From Candidatus Brocadiia bacterium (lineage in GTDB: Bacteria > Planctomycetota > Brocadiia > CAIUPP01): a stretch of 64,000 bases of DNA. Position numbers and translations under genes: made by a program. A model generated the notes under the pieces. That model was not told the origin of the DNA. It did not search any database and saw only the letters and a list, made by a program, of their open reading frames with translations. This document shows, in pieces, positions 55,605 through 64,000 of the stretch (its first letter is position 1; each line of letters starts with the position of its first letter). The stretch lies in contig JBEKCB010000006.1 in the NCBI GenBank assembly GCA_050015075.1, positions 96,001-160,000 of the forward strand, read 5' to 3'.

Positions 55605-57023
55605 CTAACCGTGGAACTCCAATCCGGCGACGTCGGAACGGTCCCTGGCTGAAGCCCGGGCCGACTCGTTCATCAAGGCGTACTCCCGCACGCGGTTCTC
55701 CAAATCCCCGCGCAGGTACCAATGGCAGAATTCCTCGCGCGTGAGGTAGTGCGCCTGGAGCAAGCGCCGGTGCGGGCACCCGCCCGCGCACTGAGGCAGC
55801 ACGGGACAGCGGCGGCATTCGTCGTGCTGAAACCAGTCGTAAGCGAGCCACGGGAGCAGGTTGCCGAGTTTGACGCCGCTCTCAAAAACGGAGCCGTAGG
55901 CGCGGTCGCGGATTCCGAGATCCACAGGGCACTTATAGAGGAAGCCGTCGGGCCCGATGACCATGCCCGTGCGCCGGGTGCTGGTGCAGGCCGCCGGCGG
56001 GCGGAGCGAGAGGGTTTCCACCGGCAAGCCGAGGGACGCGGCCTTGGCGCGTTCACGCGCGGTGATGCGGACGTAATCCCGGGCTTGCAGAAAACCGCGC
56101 CGGGACGATGCCGGCCCGCGCTCCTGCCGGGTCACCTTGGAGAAGACGAGCGCCTTCAGCTTCTTCTGCAACCCGCGCCGCAGCAGGCCTTCGTACAGGG
56201 CGTTGAATTCCCTTTCACTGTCGCGGGAGATATTAACACGCAGCTCCACGTCCGCCTGTCCGGCGGCGCAGGCCACGCCGTCCAACGCCCGCTCCAGCGA
56301 GTCGCGCCCGCGCCGGTCCCGTTTCAACGCACGCGGGACGTCCACCGTCACCTGAACGTACCCGACATGGCTCCGCCTGAGCATGCCCCAGGTCTTGCGG
56401 TCCAAGAGGACGCCGTTGGTCAGAAGGCCCATCGAGCAGTCCACGCCGGCTTTCTCGAACGCCGGGGCCAGCAGGGAACTGACCCGCCGGATGGTTCGCA
56501 GACCCAATGCCGGCTCGCCGCCATACCAACTGATGGAGACCTTTTTCTTGCCGCGCGCCTGCCGGGCGACATAGCGAACGACGGCATCCTCGGTTCGCCG
56601 GTCCATGGCCTTCAAGGGCTGGAGGGTGCGGTCGGGCCGCACGAAACAATAACTGCACCGCAGGTTGCACGCGAGCGTGGGAGCGATGTAAACGGTGAGC
56701 GAGTCCTCCGCGCAACGGCTCATTTCGTAGTGAAGCCGGAGGACATCGAGTTCATCAACGTCCTTGGCCACCAGGAAGTTCTTGCCGTGCAGGAGGCGCG
56801 CGGTCCGGCCCGGCAGCCGCCCGCGCGGGGAATACTCGGCGCCGGCTTGAAGGAAGCCGCGCCACGTCGCGGTGTTTACGGTAGCCAGGGAAGTCGAGAA
56901 TGTGTTGAAGACCGCCTTGCGTCCATCCGGCAGGTCCGCGGCGACGTTGAAACGCGACGGCACCCACGTCTCCGCGGAGAGCGAACGAGTCGTCGCGCAG
57001 TCCGCCCGTAAAGGCGCTCTCAA
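55605..57023 (-). CDS. Radical SAM/SPASM peptide maturase (paralog 1)
   Basis: TTG start overlapping the precursor stop; CNLRCSYC, WYGGEP, TNG; 7-Cys SPASM (AAC, YKC, CRRCPVLPQCAGGC, FC). Confidence 0.92.
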   Translation of the reverse strand: MRAPLRADCATTRSLSAETWVPSRFNVAADLPDGRKAVFNTFSTSLATVNTATWRGFLQAGAEYSPRGRLPGRTARLLHGKNFLVAKDVDELDVLRLHYEMSRCAEDSLTVYIAPTLACNLRCSYCFVRPDRTLQPLKAMDRRTEDAVVRYVARQARGKKKVSISWYGGEPALGLRTIRRVSSLLAPAFEKAGVDCSMGLLTNGVLLDRKTWGMLRRSHVGYVQVTVDVPRALKRDRRGRDSLERALDGVACAAGQADVELRVNISRDSEREFNALYEGLLRRGLQKKLKALVFSKVTRQERGPASSRRGFLQARDYVRITARERAKAASLGLPVETLSLRPPAACTSTRRTGMVIGPDGFLYKCPVDLGIRDRAYGSVFESGVKLGNLLPWLAYDWFQHDECRRCPVLPQCAGGCPHRRLLQAHYLTREEFCHWYLRGDLENRVREYALMNESARASARDRSDVAGLEFHG

Positions 57024-57277
57024 CCTCTCACCCCGGCGATCGCGACGATCCTGGCGTTACAGCAGCAGTCGGAACACTCGCCCCAGCACTGGCCGGAGAC
57101 TTCTCCCTTGCTGGACCCCATCAGCAGTTTCATCACTGCGGCGCGCGAGACCTCTGCCTTGCCCGTGAGCGAGGAGGGCTTCGGGAAGACCAGGGTCAGT
57201 TGGTTCGAGCCGTCCGCGATCACCCTGACGCTCTGCTTCTTGCTCTTGGCCGCCTTCTTCGCCGCTTTCTTCGCCAT
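57020..57277 (-). CDS. Putative RiPP precursor peptide (85 aa, Cys-rich core)
   Basis: GGAGGT RBS; MAKKAAKKAAKSKK...KGEVSGQ-CWGECSDCCCN-ARIVAIAGVRG; directly upstream of two rSAM/SPASM genes. Confidence 0.8.
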   Translation of the reverse strand: MAKKAAKKAAKSKKQSVRVIADGSNQLTLVFPKPSSLTGKAEVSRAAVMKLLMGSSKGEVSGQCWGECSDCCCNARIVAIAGVRG

Positions 57278-57350
57278 CGCCCCGACCTCCACCTGAACCG
57301 GAACTTGCCATTATGCCGCCATCGGATGACGACCTGCGATCATGTGACGG

Positions 57351-57379
57351 ATTCTGACACTCGGAATCCTGCTTGTCAA
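57351..57379 (-). promoter_or_regulatory. Promoter of the RiPP operon with an overlapping inverted repeat
   Basis: TTGACA-17 bp-CAGAAT; ATTCTG-N5-CGGAAT dyad. Confidence 0.65.
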
Positions 57380-57392
57380 GCGGGGCGCAATT

Positions 57393-57462
57393 TCGTCCTC
57401 GTCCTCGTCGTCCTCGAACAAGAGTTCATCACGACCGAGGACGACGACGAGGACGAGTACGA
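57393..57462. repeat. Palindromic (CGTCCT)n/(GAGGAC)n hairpin element, likely terminator or insulator
   Basis: tcgtcctcgtcctcgtcgtcctcg ... cgaggacgacgacgaggacgagtacga. Confidence 0.75.
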
Positions 57463-57482
57463 TCTACGTCGCGGCGGCGATT

Positions 57483-59117
57483 CTATCTGCCGCGCTGGCC
57501 GGGGTTTTTCAGTTCTTTTTCGACGGCGGTCGTATAGTAGGTATCGTCGTGCTGCTGCTTCCAGCCGTCAATCGGGGGCATGCCGGGGCCGGCGCGGTAT
57601 TTCGCCCACATTTCATTGACGAATTTCTCCGGGCATGAGCCTTCCTGGCACCAGTCTTCGTCATAACCCGCTCCGGTGGCGGCTTTGATGGCTTTAGTGG
57701 GCGGACCGTCATTCTCGTACATCCAGCGGTCAATGTAGTCGAAGAACGCGTCATGGTTCCAGGTTTTTTCGGCGTGCAGGAAGTGGAGCGCCAGGACCTG
57801 GGCGACCCAGCCGTTGCCGCAGCAGGTGCGGCGGTAGGCTTCGCTGGTCTTCTGGCCCGGTCCCCAGGCGGTCGGCGGCGTGTGTTCGTAGGGACCCCAG
57901 GCATCGTTCGTCCGGACGTAGTCGCGGCCGATCCCGGTGACTTCATCTATGCCGGAGTGGCCGGTGAAGACGACCTTGGCGCCCGTCCAGGAGTTGCCGT
58001 AGGCGGTCTGCTCGTCTTCGCCGAAGCAGGCTTTGGGGCAGAACTTGTTGATATTCGCGAGTTCCTCATCGCCGAGGAGGATTCCGGCGAACACGATCGG
58101 GAACTTGCGGCCGCTGCCGTGGCCGCCCCAGCAGAACCATCCGGGATGCCCGGCGCGGATGATGCCGCCCAGGTCAATGCCGACCTGGACGAGGTTGTCG
58201 AGAAGCGGCTCCTTTTGCTCGGGCGTGAAGTTGCAGCACAGGAGCACGCCTGCAGCGCCGACGACGCGGCCGATCTCGCGGCCGTACCACGGCATGTTGT
58301 CGGCGGGTTGGTCGTGGCCGAAGAAGCCGGTGTTGACCCACGGACGCTGGGTGTAGCGGATGTACTGCGAGAGCTTCGGCGTGTCGGCCGGCGCGGCGAG
58401 CGAGGGCAACAGCTCACGCTTGAGGTTGCGCGCCAGGAAGATTTTCTGGGTGCGGTCGCAAAACGCGGGGCGGAACGCGTCGGCCGGCTGCGGCTCGGCG
58501 ACGCAGGTCAGCACGGCGGCATCCTTGACCGGGCTGGAATCGGTGCCGGGCGCGCCGCGGGATTCATCTTTGGGGTTGAAACGGCTCTGCTGCTCCCGCA
58601 GCGGCGGCACGAACGGCACATTGCCCATCGGAACGCTGATGGTCGAAACGAGCGAATCGCCCGGCTTCATGGAGACGGGGAGTTTTTGGATGAGCGCCGG
58701 GTCGAACCAGTTGTGGACCACGTCGTCATAGGAGACTTTCCGTGCGGCCGGAGGATTGAGCATGAAGCCATTGCGAATGCGGTCCTTGACCGGCCTGTCT
58801 TTCTCATTCGGGTCAAACTGGTCGGCGGGGATCTCGGCGCCGTAGAGAGGCTTGGGCGTGATCTCGGTGATCGTCACCGGCCCGACGACGTAAAAGTCGC
58901 CATTGACGAATTGTCCTACTCGGGCCGGCTTGTCAAACGTCCAAGTCATGCCGTATTGCGAGACGCTGGTTTTCAGCGGAAGATCGTCGAGCTTCGGCGC
59001 CGCCGGCGCGTTGGCTTTTGTGTAGATGACGGCCGGCTTTTCCTGGCTCCAACATGGAGTCGCCAGGCCCGCGACTGCCGCGACAGAGAGACCGAGCGCT
59101 AAAATCTTTCCGAACAT
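57483..59117 (-). CDS. Secreted protein of unknown function (paralog A)
   Basis: GGAGG RBS, signal peptide; QYGMTWTFD, GQFVNGD, QRPW, YGRE, GGHGSGRK, FFDYIDRWM. Confidence 0.85.
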   Translation of the reverse strand: MFGKILALGLSVAAVAGLATPCWSQEKPAVIYTKANAPAAPKLDDLPLKTSVSQYGMTWTFDKPARVGQFVNGDFYVVGPVTITEITPKPLYGAEIPADQFDPNEKDRPVKDRIRNGFMLNPPAARKVSYDDVVHNWFDPALIQKLPVSMKPGDSLVSTISVPMGNVPFVPPLREQQSRFNPKDESRGAPGTDSSPVKDAAVLTCVAEPQPADAFRPAFCDRTQKIFLARNLKRELLPSLAAPADTPKLSQYIRYTQRPWVNTGFFGHDQPADNMPWYGREIGRVVGAAGVLLCCNFTPEQKEPLLDNLVQVGIDLGGIIRAGHPGWFCWGGHGSGRKFPIVFAGILLGDEELANINKFCPKACFGEDEQTAYGNSWTGAKVVFTGHSGIDEVTGIGRDYVRTNDAWGPYEHTPPTAWGPGQKTSEAYRRTCCGNGWVAQVLALHFLHAEKTWNHDAFFDYIDRWMYENDGPPTKAIKAATGAGYDEDWCQEGSCPEKFVNEMWAKYRAGPGMPPIDGWKQQHDDTYYTTAVEKELKNPGQRGR

Positions 59118-59281
59118 GATATCCCTCCGCTTGGTTCCGCCTCGCATCAGGCCGCCCTCCACACGGCCGGCGGGCAAGCCGAGGAATTTTTCGGTGAGGC
59201 GTCAGCCGGGATCCGCTCTATACCCGCCGTCCAGATTCGCACTCCGGCCGTCGGCGTGTCGGCAGCAATTCATCTCCCACA

Positions 59282-60835
59282 TCAAGTGGGCCCTTTGAGT
59301 TCCTTTGCAATGGCGGCTTTATAGTAGGCGTCATCGTGCTGCTGCTTCCAGCCATCGGTGGGAGGCATGCCGGGCGCGGCGCGGTATTTCGCCCACATTT
59401 CGTTGACGAAGTTTTCCCAGCATCGGTCTTGTGGGCTAAGCTTTTCGTCTGTCTGGTACATCCACCGGTCCACGTAATCGAAGAATGGGTCATGGTTCCA
59501 GGCCTTTTCGGCGTGGAGAAGGCGGAGGGCGAGCGCTTGGGCGACCCAGCCGTAGCTGGCGGTGTGGCGGTAGCCTTCGCTGGTCCTCTGGGCTGCTCCC
59601 CAGGTGGCGGGCTGGGTATGTTCGTACGGCCCCCAGGCCTGCGGTCCACGCGCGTAATCGCGGCCGATTCCGGTGACTTCATCAATGCCGGAGTGGCCGG
59701 TGAAGACGACTTTGGCGCCGGTCCAGCAGTCGCCGTAGGCGGTCTGCTCATCTTCACCGAAGCAGGCTTTCGGGAAGGACTTGTTGATATTCTCAAGCTC
59801 CTCGTCGCCGAGGAGGAAGCCGGCAAAGACGATGGGCAGCTTGCGCCCGATGCCGTGGCCACCCCAGCAATACCATCCGGGATGACCGGCGCGGATCATG
59901 CCGCCGTAGTCTATGCCGACCTGGACGAGATTATCCAGGAGCGGCTCTTTCTGTTTGAGGGTGTAGTTGCAGCACAGGAGCAGCGCCGCGTCGCCGACGA
60001 CGCGGCCCACCTCGCGGCCGTAGCCGGGCATGTTGGCATTCGGGTGCTCGAACCCGAAGTAGCAGGTGTTGACCCACGGGCGCTGGGTGTAGCGGACGTA
60101 GTCGGAGAGATTCGGCGCGTCGGCCGGGGCGGCGACGGCGGGCAAGAGCTCGCGCTTGAGATTGCGCGCCAGGTAGATTTTCTCCGTGCGGTCGCAGAAT
60201 GCGGGGCGGAACGCGTCGGCCGGCAGCGGCTCGGCGACGCAGGTCAGCACGGCAGCGTCCTTGATCGGGCTGGAATCTTCGAAGCCCCGGACTCCTTTGT
60301 TGCTGGTGTGTTCGATCGCCAGCGGAGGCGAAACGGTCAGCCCCACCGGCATGCTGACCGTAGAGACGAGCGAATCGCCCGGCTTCATCGAGACCGGGAG
60401 TTTCTGGATGAGAGCGGGATCGAAGAAGTTTTTCACGCCGCTGTCGTAGGAGACTTTTCGCTCCGCCGGCGGATTGAGCATGAAGCCGTTGCGGATGCGG
60501 TCCTTCTCCGGGTGCTTCTTATCGGTCGCGTCGAGCTCGGCGGCGGGGATTTCGGCGCCGTAGAGAGGCTTGGGGGTGATCTCGGTGATGGTCACCGCGC
60601 CGACGACGTAAAAGTCGCCATTGAGGAACTGTCCGACCCGGACCGGCTTGTCGAACGTCCAGGTCATGCCGTATTGCGAAAGACTGGCTTTCAAGGGAAG
60701 CTCCTCCAGCTTGGGTGCCGCCGGGGCGTTGTCCCTGGTGTAAATGACGGCCGGCTTTTCCTGGCTCCAACATGGAGTCGCCAGGCACGCGACCACCGCG
60801 ACAGAGAGACCGGCCGCTAAAACCTTTCCGAACAT
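59282..60835 (-). CDS. Secreted protein of unknown function (paralog B)
   Basis: GGAGG RBS, signal peptide; collinear and highly similar to 57483-59117. Confidence 0.85.
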   Translation of the reverse strand: MFGKVLAAGLSVAVVACLATPCWSQEKPAVIYTRDNAPAAPKLEELPLKASLSQYGMTWTFDKPVRVGQFLNGDFYVVGAVTITEITPKPLYGAEIPAAELDATDKKHPEKDRIRNGFMLNPPAERKVSYDSGVKNFFDPALIQKLPVSMKPGDSLVSTVSMPVGLTVSPPLAIEHTSNKGVRGFEDSSPIKDAAVLTCVAEPLPADAFRPAFCDRTEKIYLARNLKRELLPAVAAPADAPNLSDYVRYTQRPWVNTCYFGFEHPNANMPGYGREVGRVVGDAALLLCCNYTLKQKEPLLDNLVQVGIDYGGMIRAGHPGWYCWGGHGIGRKLPIVFAGFLLGDEELENINKSFPKACFGEDEQTAYGDCWTGAKVVFTGHSGIDEVTGIGRDYARGPQAWGPYEHTQPATWGAAQRTSEGYRHTASYGWVAQALALRLLHAEKAWNHDPFFDYVDRWMYQTDEKLSPQDRCWENFVNEMWAKYRAAPGMPPTDGWKQQHDDAYYKAAIAKELKGPT

Positions 60836-60888
60836 GATATTCCTCCATTTTGTTCCACATCGTAAGAAGGTCCGCCGTCACGCGCCGC

Positions 60889-60917
60889 ATTCTGACCGGC
60901 AGAATCACGCTTGTCAA
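60889..60917 (-). promoter_or_regulatory. Promoter of paralog B, homologous to the RiPP promoter
   Basis: TTGACA-17 bp-CAGAAT; perfect ATTCTG-N5-CAGAAT dyad. Confidence 0.65.
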
Positions 60918-60922
60918 GCGGC

Positions 60923-62332
60923 CTATTCCCCACGCACATAGACCGGCAGCGGCCCGATCTCCAGGCGAATTTTATCCCCGGTCACTGCAATCGTCTGCCG
61001 GTGCCCCACCATGTCGAAGATTGTCGCGCGTGAGGCCTTCATCGGCAGTTCCACAACTTTCGGCCCTGAGACATTCCACGCCATGAGCACGGGCGTGGCC
61101 GCGGGATCTTCCTTCGGCGCGAAACGATATGCAAAATACCCGTCCTCTCCATCGCTCAAGACGCCGATCAGCCGCGGGCTGGGCATCAGTTGGATCATCG
61201 TCTGGACGGCATGCGCGGAGGGCCTCCAGGAACCGTCGCGCTGGAAGAAACCCGAGTTGAAGTTATCCGTGTCATTGACGGACATGATGTGCACGCGACG
61301 CACCCCGAGGCGCTGCGCGAAAGCGTAGAGCCGGCACACGTAGGCGGCCTGGAGATCAGGATTAACCTGAATCCCGGCCATCGCATAAGAACCGCCGTCC
61401 TGCTTCGAGATGGGCCACCCGACTTCCGTGTACCAGATCGGGACCTCCGCGCGACCGTGAGAGGCGAGATCGGCGCGAATCTCAGCCAGGCTGGCAGCTA
61501 TGCTGTAACGCCCCCAGGAGCGAACGGAAGTGGCTTCGGGAGCCACAGGTTCTACATAGGGATGCGTGGAAAGAATGTCATAGCTGCGAAGCGCGGAGGG
61601 GCCGGCTCTGTTGACGCTTTGGATAAAACGGATGTCGCCCGCGGACGCACCGCCTGCGCCGAACCCGACGACGTTCACCTCCTTCGACCAGTTCTTCGCG
61701 GCGGTGTATGCCGCGGGCAGAAGCTTTGCATAGAGGGCAAAACGGGCCGCCTCCAGCTCCGCCTGCGGACGATTATCCGGCCGGATCAAATACTCGAAAT
61801 TAGGCTCGTTCCATATTTCGATATTGCGAAGAGGACGGTTGGGAATTTTCGGGTTATCCCGGAAGAGCGTGCCGTTGGGACCGTAGCGAGTCAGCAGGGC
61901 TGTAATGCTCTGCGCGTAATTTCGAATGAAGGCTTCGTCCTCCTGCGGCGTGGCGTCGAGCTTCTGGGGAGCAGTGCCGGCGCAGTACATGACCTCGGTG
62001 TCATCCTCGGCAAACGCCTGCATCGCCTGATCTGACATGGGCCCGCCGCAGCGGTACGCGCGCCAGCCGACCTTTTTGATGGAATCCCGGTACTCGAGAT
62101 ATTCGCCCGCCCACTCGTAAAGGCCGTATATGAGCGGATTGGGTTTTGCCTCGCGGAGGACCTTCTCCAGCGGCGGCATCGGCGGCGGCTCCCACACCCA
62201 GTTGCCCGGAATTTTTGTGGGCTGGCTGATTTCGCCGCGAACTACGGGTTGGGATTCTACCGCACTGGCTTGAAATGAGCCGGCAAGAAGCGTTGAACAA
62301 AGCGCTGCGACAGTCGGCCACGATGCTTTCAT
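60923..62332 (-). CDS. Secreted clan GH-A glycoside hydrolase (GH39/GH5-like)
   Basis: Signal peptide; EIWNEPN (acid/base), STHPY, IWYTEVGW (nucleophile). Confidence 0.82.
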   Translation of the reverse strand: MKASWPTVAALCSTLLAGSFQASAVESQPVVRGEISQPTKIPGNWVWEPPPMPPLEKVLREAKPNPLIYGLYEWAGEYLEYRDSIKKVGWRAYRCGGPMSDQAMQAFAEDDTEVMYCAGTAPQKLDATPQEDEAFIRNYAQSITALLTRYGPNGTLFRDNPKIPNRPLRNIEIWNEPNFEYLIRPDNRPQAELEAARFALYAKLLPAAYTAAKNWSKEVNVVGFGAGGASAGDIRFIQSVNRAGPSALRSYDILSTHPYVEPVAPEATSVRSWGRYSIAASLAEIRADLASHGRAEVPIWYTEVGWPISKQDGGSYAMAGIQVNPDLQAAYVCRLYAFAQRLGVRRVHIMSVNDTDNFNSGFFQRDGSWRPSAHAVQTMIQLMPSPRLIGVLSDGEDGYFAYRFAPKEDPAATPVLMAWNVSGPKVVELPMKASRATIFDMVGHRQTIAVTGDKIRLEIGPLPVYVRGE

Positions 62333-62360
62333 GAAGCATCCTTTCTTCTAATCTCGATTA

Positions 62361-63875
62361 TCACTCGAAGCACCGCAGGATCACATCGGCGTAGATTTTA
62401 TGCCCGTTCTTGCCGGGGTGGTTGAGCCAGTTGTGAAGCTGCGAGAAGGGCGGAATGCCGCGGGAGGCCTGGTTGATGAACTCGGTCCAGACGTCCGCCG
62501 CAGCGACGTTCTCCTCCTTCGCCACGTCCAGCATGGCCTGGCGGTACGCAGGCCAGCGTTTGAACACATCAGGCTTGAGCCACGGGTTCGACCGCTCGCC
62601 GACGACGATGAGGACCTCCACGCCGGCGGCCTTGGCCTTCCTGACCATGGCGCGCATGTCCTCCTTGAACTGCTCGGGCGGGTTATTCGGTTTCCCTCCG
62701 ATGGGCCCCGAGACATCGTTGCCGCCGAAGTCAATGAGCACGACGTCGGCTTTGGCGGGGATGACGGTCTTGTCCATCACCTCCAGGCCGTACTTGGTTT
62801 GCGTGCCGCCCTGGAAGGCCGCGATGGGCGTGACCATGGCTTTGGGGAACCGCTTTCGCAGCCCCACGACCACGCGGCTCGGGAAGCCCAGGTTCTTCTC
62901 GGTCCAGAGATTGGCCCACCACGCCGGGGTCTCGGCGCCGACGGTGACGCTGGCGCCCATGAAGGCGATCTTGAGGTCCCCGCCGGCGGCGAGCTTTTTC
63001 ACGCTCCGCGCGAGGGCCTCCTTATTGACGGGCGCCACCGGCGGCGCGGGCTGGATCGGGAAGATCTCGTACGGCGTTATGGCGTATCTGCCGGCGGCCT
63101 TAAGCCCGCCGACGGCGTCGTAGTTCGGATTGTCCGCGGCGGTCCAGCCGGCGATGTAGATGCCGGCGAGGCCCATGCAGCCGGCATCGGGCGCGGGCAG
63201 TTCCGGGCAGACGATGCGCGGCGCGCCCTTCTTGACGCTCAGCCGGCCGTCGGGGCCGACCTGGACGAGATCGAGCCGCTGCGTGGCGTACTTGCAGGCG
63301 ACCTTCAGTTCGGCTTTGAATTCCTCGCCGAGGCCGCCCTTGAGGTTGGCAATCTGGCCCCATTCGGCGTTGTATTTATAATCCTCGTTCATCTTGCAGG
63401 TCTTCTTGCCGTCGGCGCTTGTGACGAGGACCGAATCGGCAATGACCTGGCGGAACATGTCGCCGAGGATCATCGTGCCCTCTTCATCCATAGCGGCGTC
63501 CAAGTTGCCATCGCGCGACGGGTCGTTCTCCGCGCCTGCCGGCTCCTTGGCGACGTGGGGCTTCAAGTCTATGGTGTTCACACCGCCGGGATGCCCATCC
63601 CCGCTCGGCCACGGATCCCAAGGCTCGTACCACGAAGCGAAGTTGCGAGGCGCCTTGGTGTAGAAGCACAGACCGCGGATCTCGGGCGGATCGAATTTGA
63701 GCTGCGCCGCCTCGAACTTAACGGTTTTGCCGCCGGGCAAGGCCGTCTCGCCTGCCGCGATGCGGACGGTCAGGTCGGGCGGCTCGGCCGGAGTGATCTT
63801 GACCTCCGCCGCCTGGATCGTCGAGGCAAGCAGGGCCGTGAGGAGCGATGCAGAGATGATTTTGCTCCGATCCAT
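62361..63875 (-). CDS. Secreted SGNH/GDSL-family hydrolase with N-terminal extension
   Basis: ATG after AAGGA, signal peptide; AFMGASVTVG, QGG, DFGGND, NHPGKNGH. Confidence 0.8.
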   Translation of the reverse strand: MDRSKIISASLLTALLASTIQAAEVKITPAEPPDLTVRIAAGETALPGGKTVKFEAAQLKFDPPEIRGLCFYTKAPRNFASWYEPWDPWPSGDGHPGGVNTIDLKPHVAKEPAGAENDPSRDGNLDAAMDEEGTMILGDMFRQVIADSVLVTSADGKKTCKMNEDYKYNAEWGQIANLKGGLGEEFKAELKVACKYATQRLDLVQVGPDGRLSVKKGAPRIVCPELPAPDAGCMGLAGIYIAGWTAADNPNYDAVGGLKAAGRYAITPYEIFPIQPAPPVAPVNKEALARSVKKLAAGGDLKIAFMGASVTVGAETPAWWANLWTEKNLGFPSRVVVGLRKRFPKAMVTPIAAFQGGTQTKYGLEVMDKTVIPAKADVVLIDFGGNDVSGPIGGKPNNPPEQFKEDMRAMVRKAKAAGVEVLIVVGERSNPWLKPDVFKRWPAYRQAMLDVAKEENVAAADVWTEFINQASRGIPPFSQLHNWLNHPGKNGHKIYADVILRCFE

Positions 63876-64000
63876 CGGTTTGGTTCCTTTCGTGATTACT
63901 TCAGTCCTGTCCCGGACCAAGCGAAATATAGCGGATGGGCGCCCGATGCGCTTCTCCGTTTTCCAGCCGTTCAGTCCCCTTCCTTCCGCAGCGGCGCGAA

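Noticed and set aside
52925-57460. tRNA-anchored genomic island carrying the RiPP locus
   Set aside because: No integrase and no duplicated tRNA 3' end were found in the window.
57393-57462. Possible CRISPR array or small acidic ORF (57200-57619)
   Set aside because: No repeat-spacer periodicity and no cas genes; the VLVLVVLE/EDDDEDE translation is a by-product of the palindrome.
1-64000. Genome-wide TAG reassignment
   Set aside because: TAG terminates several genes at their expected C-termini (e.g. 1465, 5322, 26020, 35695); only one internal TAG was seen.

Overview
This is a GC-rich bacterial chromosomal window, probably from an anaerobe of the PVC/Planctomycetota type (inferred from gene content only). 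The left part carries a complete carbonyl-branch Wood-Ljungdahl cluster (cooC, cooS/acsA, acsB, clpP, acsC, acsV, cooC2, acsD, a SAM methyltransferase, acsE). Directly upstream of it lies an uncharacterised 8-gene membrane operon: two ABC-type permeases, an ABC ATPase, a P1B ATPase, three SPFH/HflK-C proteins (one split by an in-frame TAG) and a hypothetical protein. The middle holds housekeeping and metabolic genes (tatD, tRNA-Asn, recQ, a short iorA, beta-CASP nuclease, GH16, FRG protein, URO-D-family proteins, anmK-murQ-symporter, a FeeM-like synthase, GT9, tRNA-Gln) and one parS site. The best candidate for a new system is a compact RiPP locus at 54199-57277: an 85-aa precursor with core CWGECSDCCCN, translationally coupled to two tandem radical SAM/SPASM maturases. 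Its promoter and putative operator are duplicated upstream of a neighbouring pair of secreted paralogs. Several families of intergenic palindromic repeats are also present. All calls come from motif recognition by eye; no searches were run.
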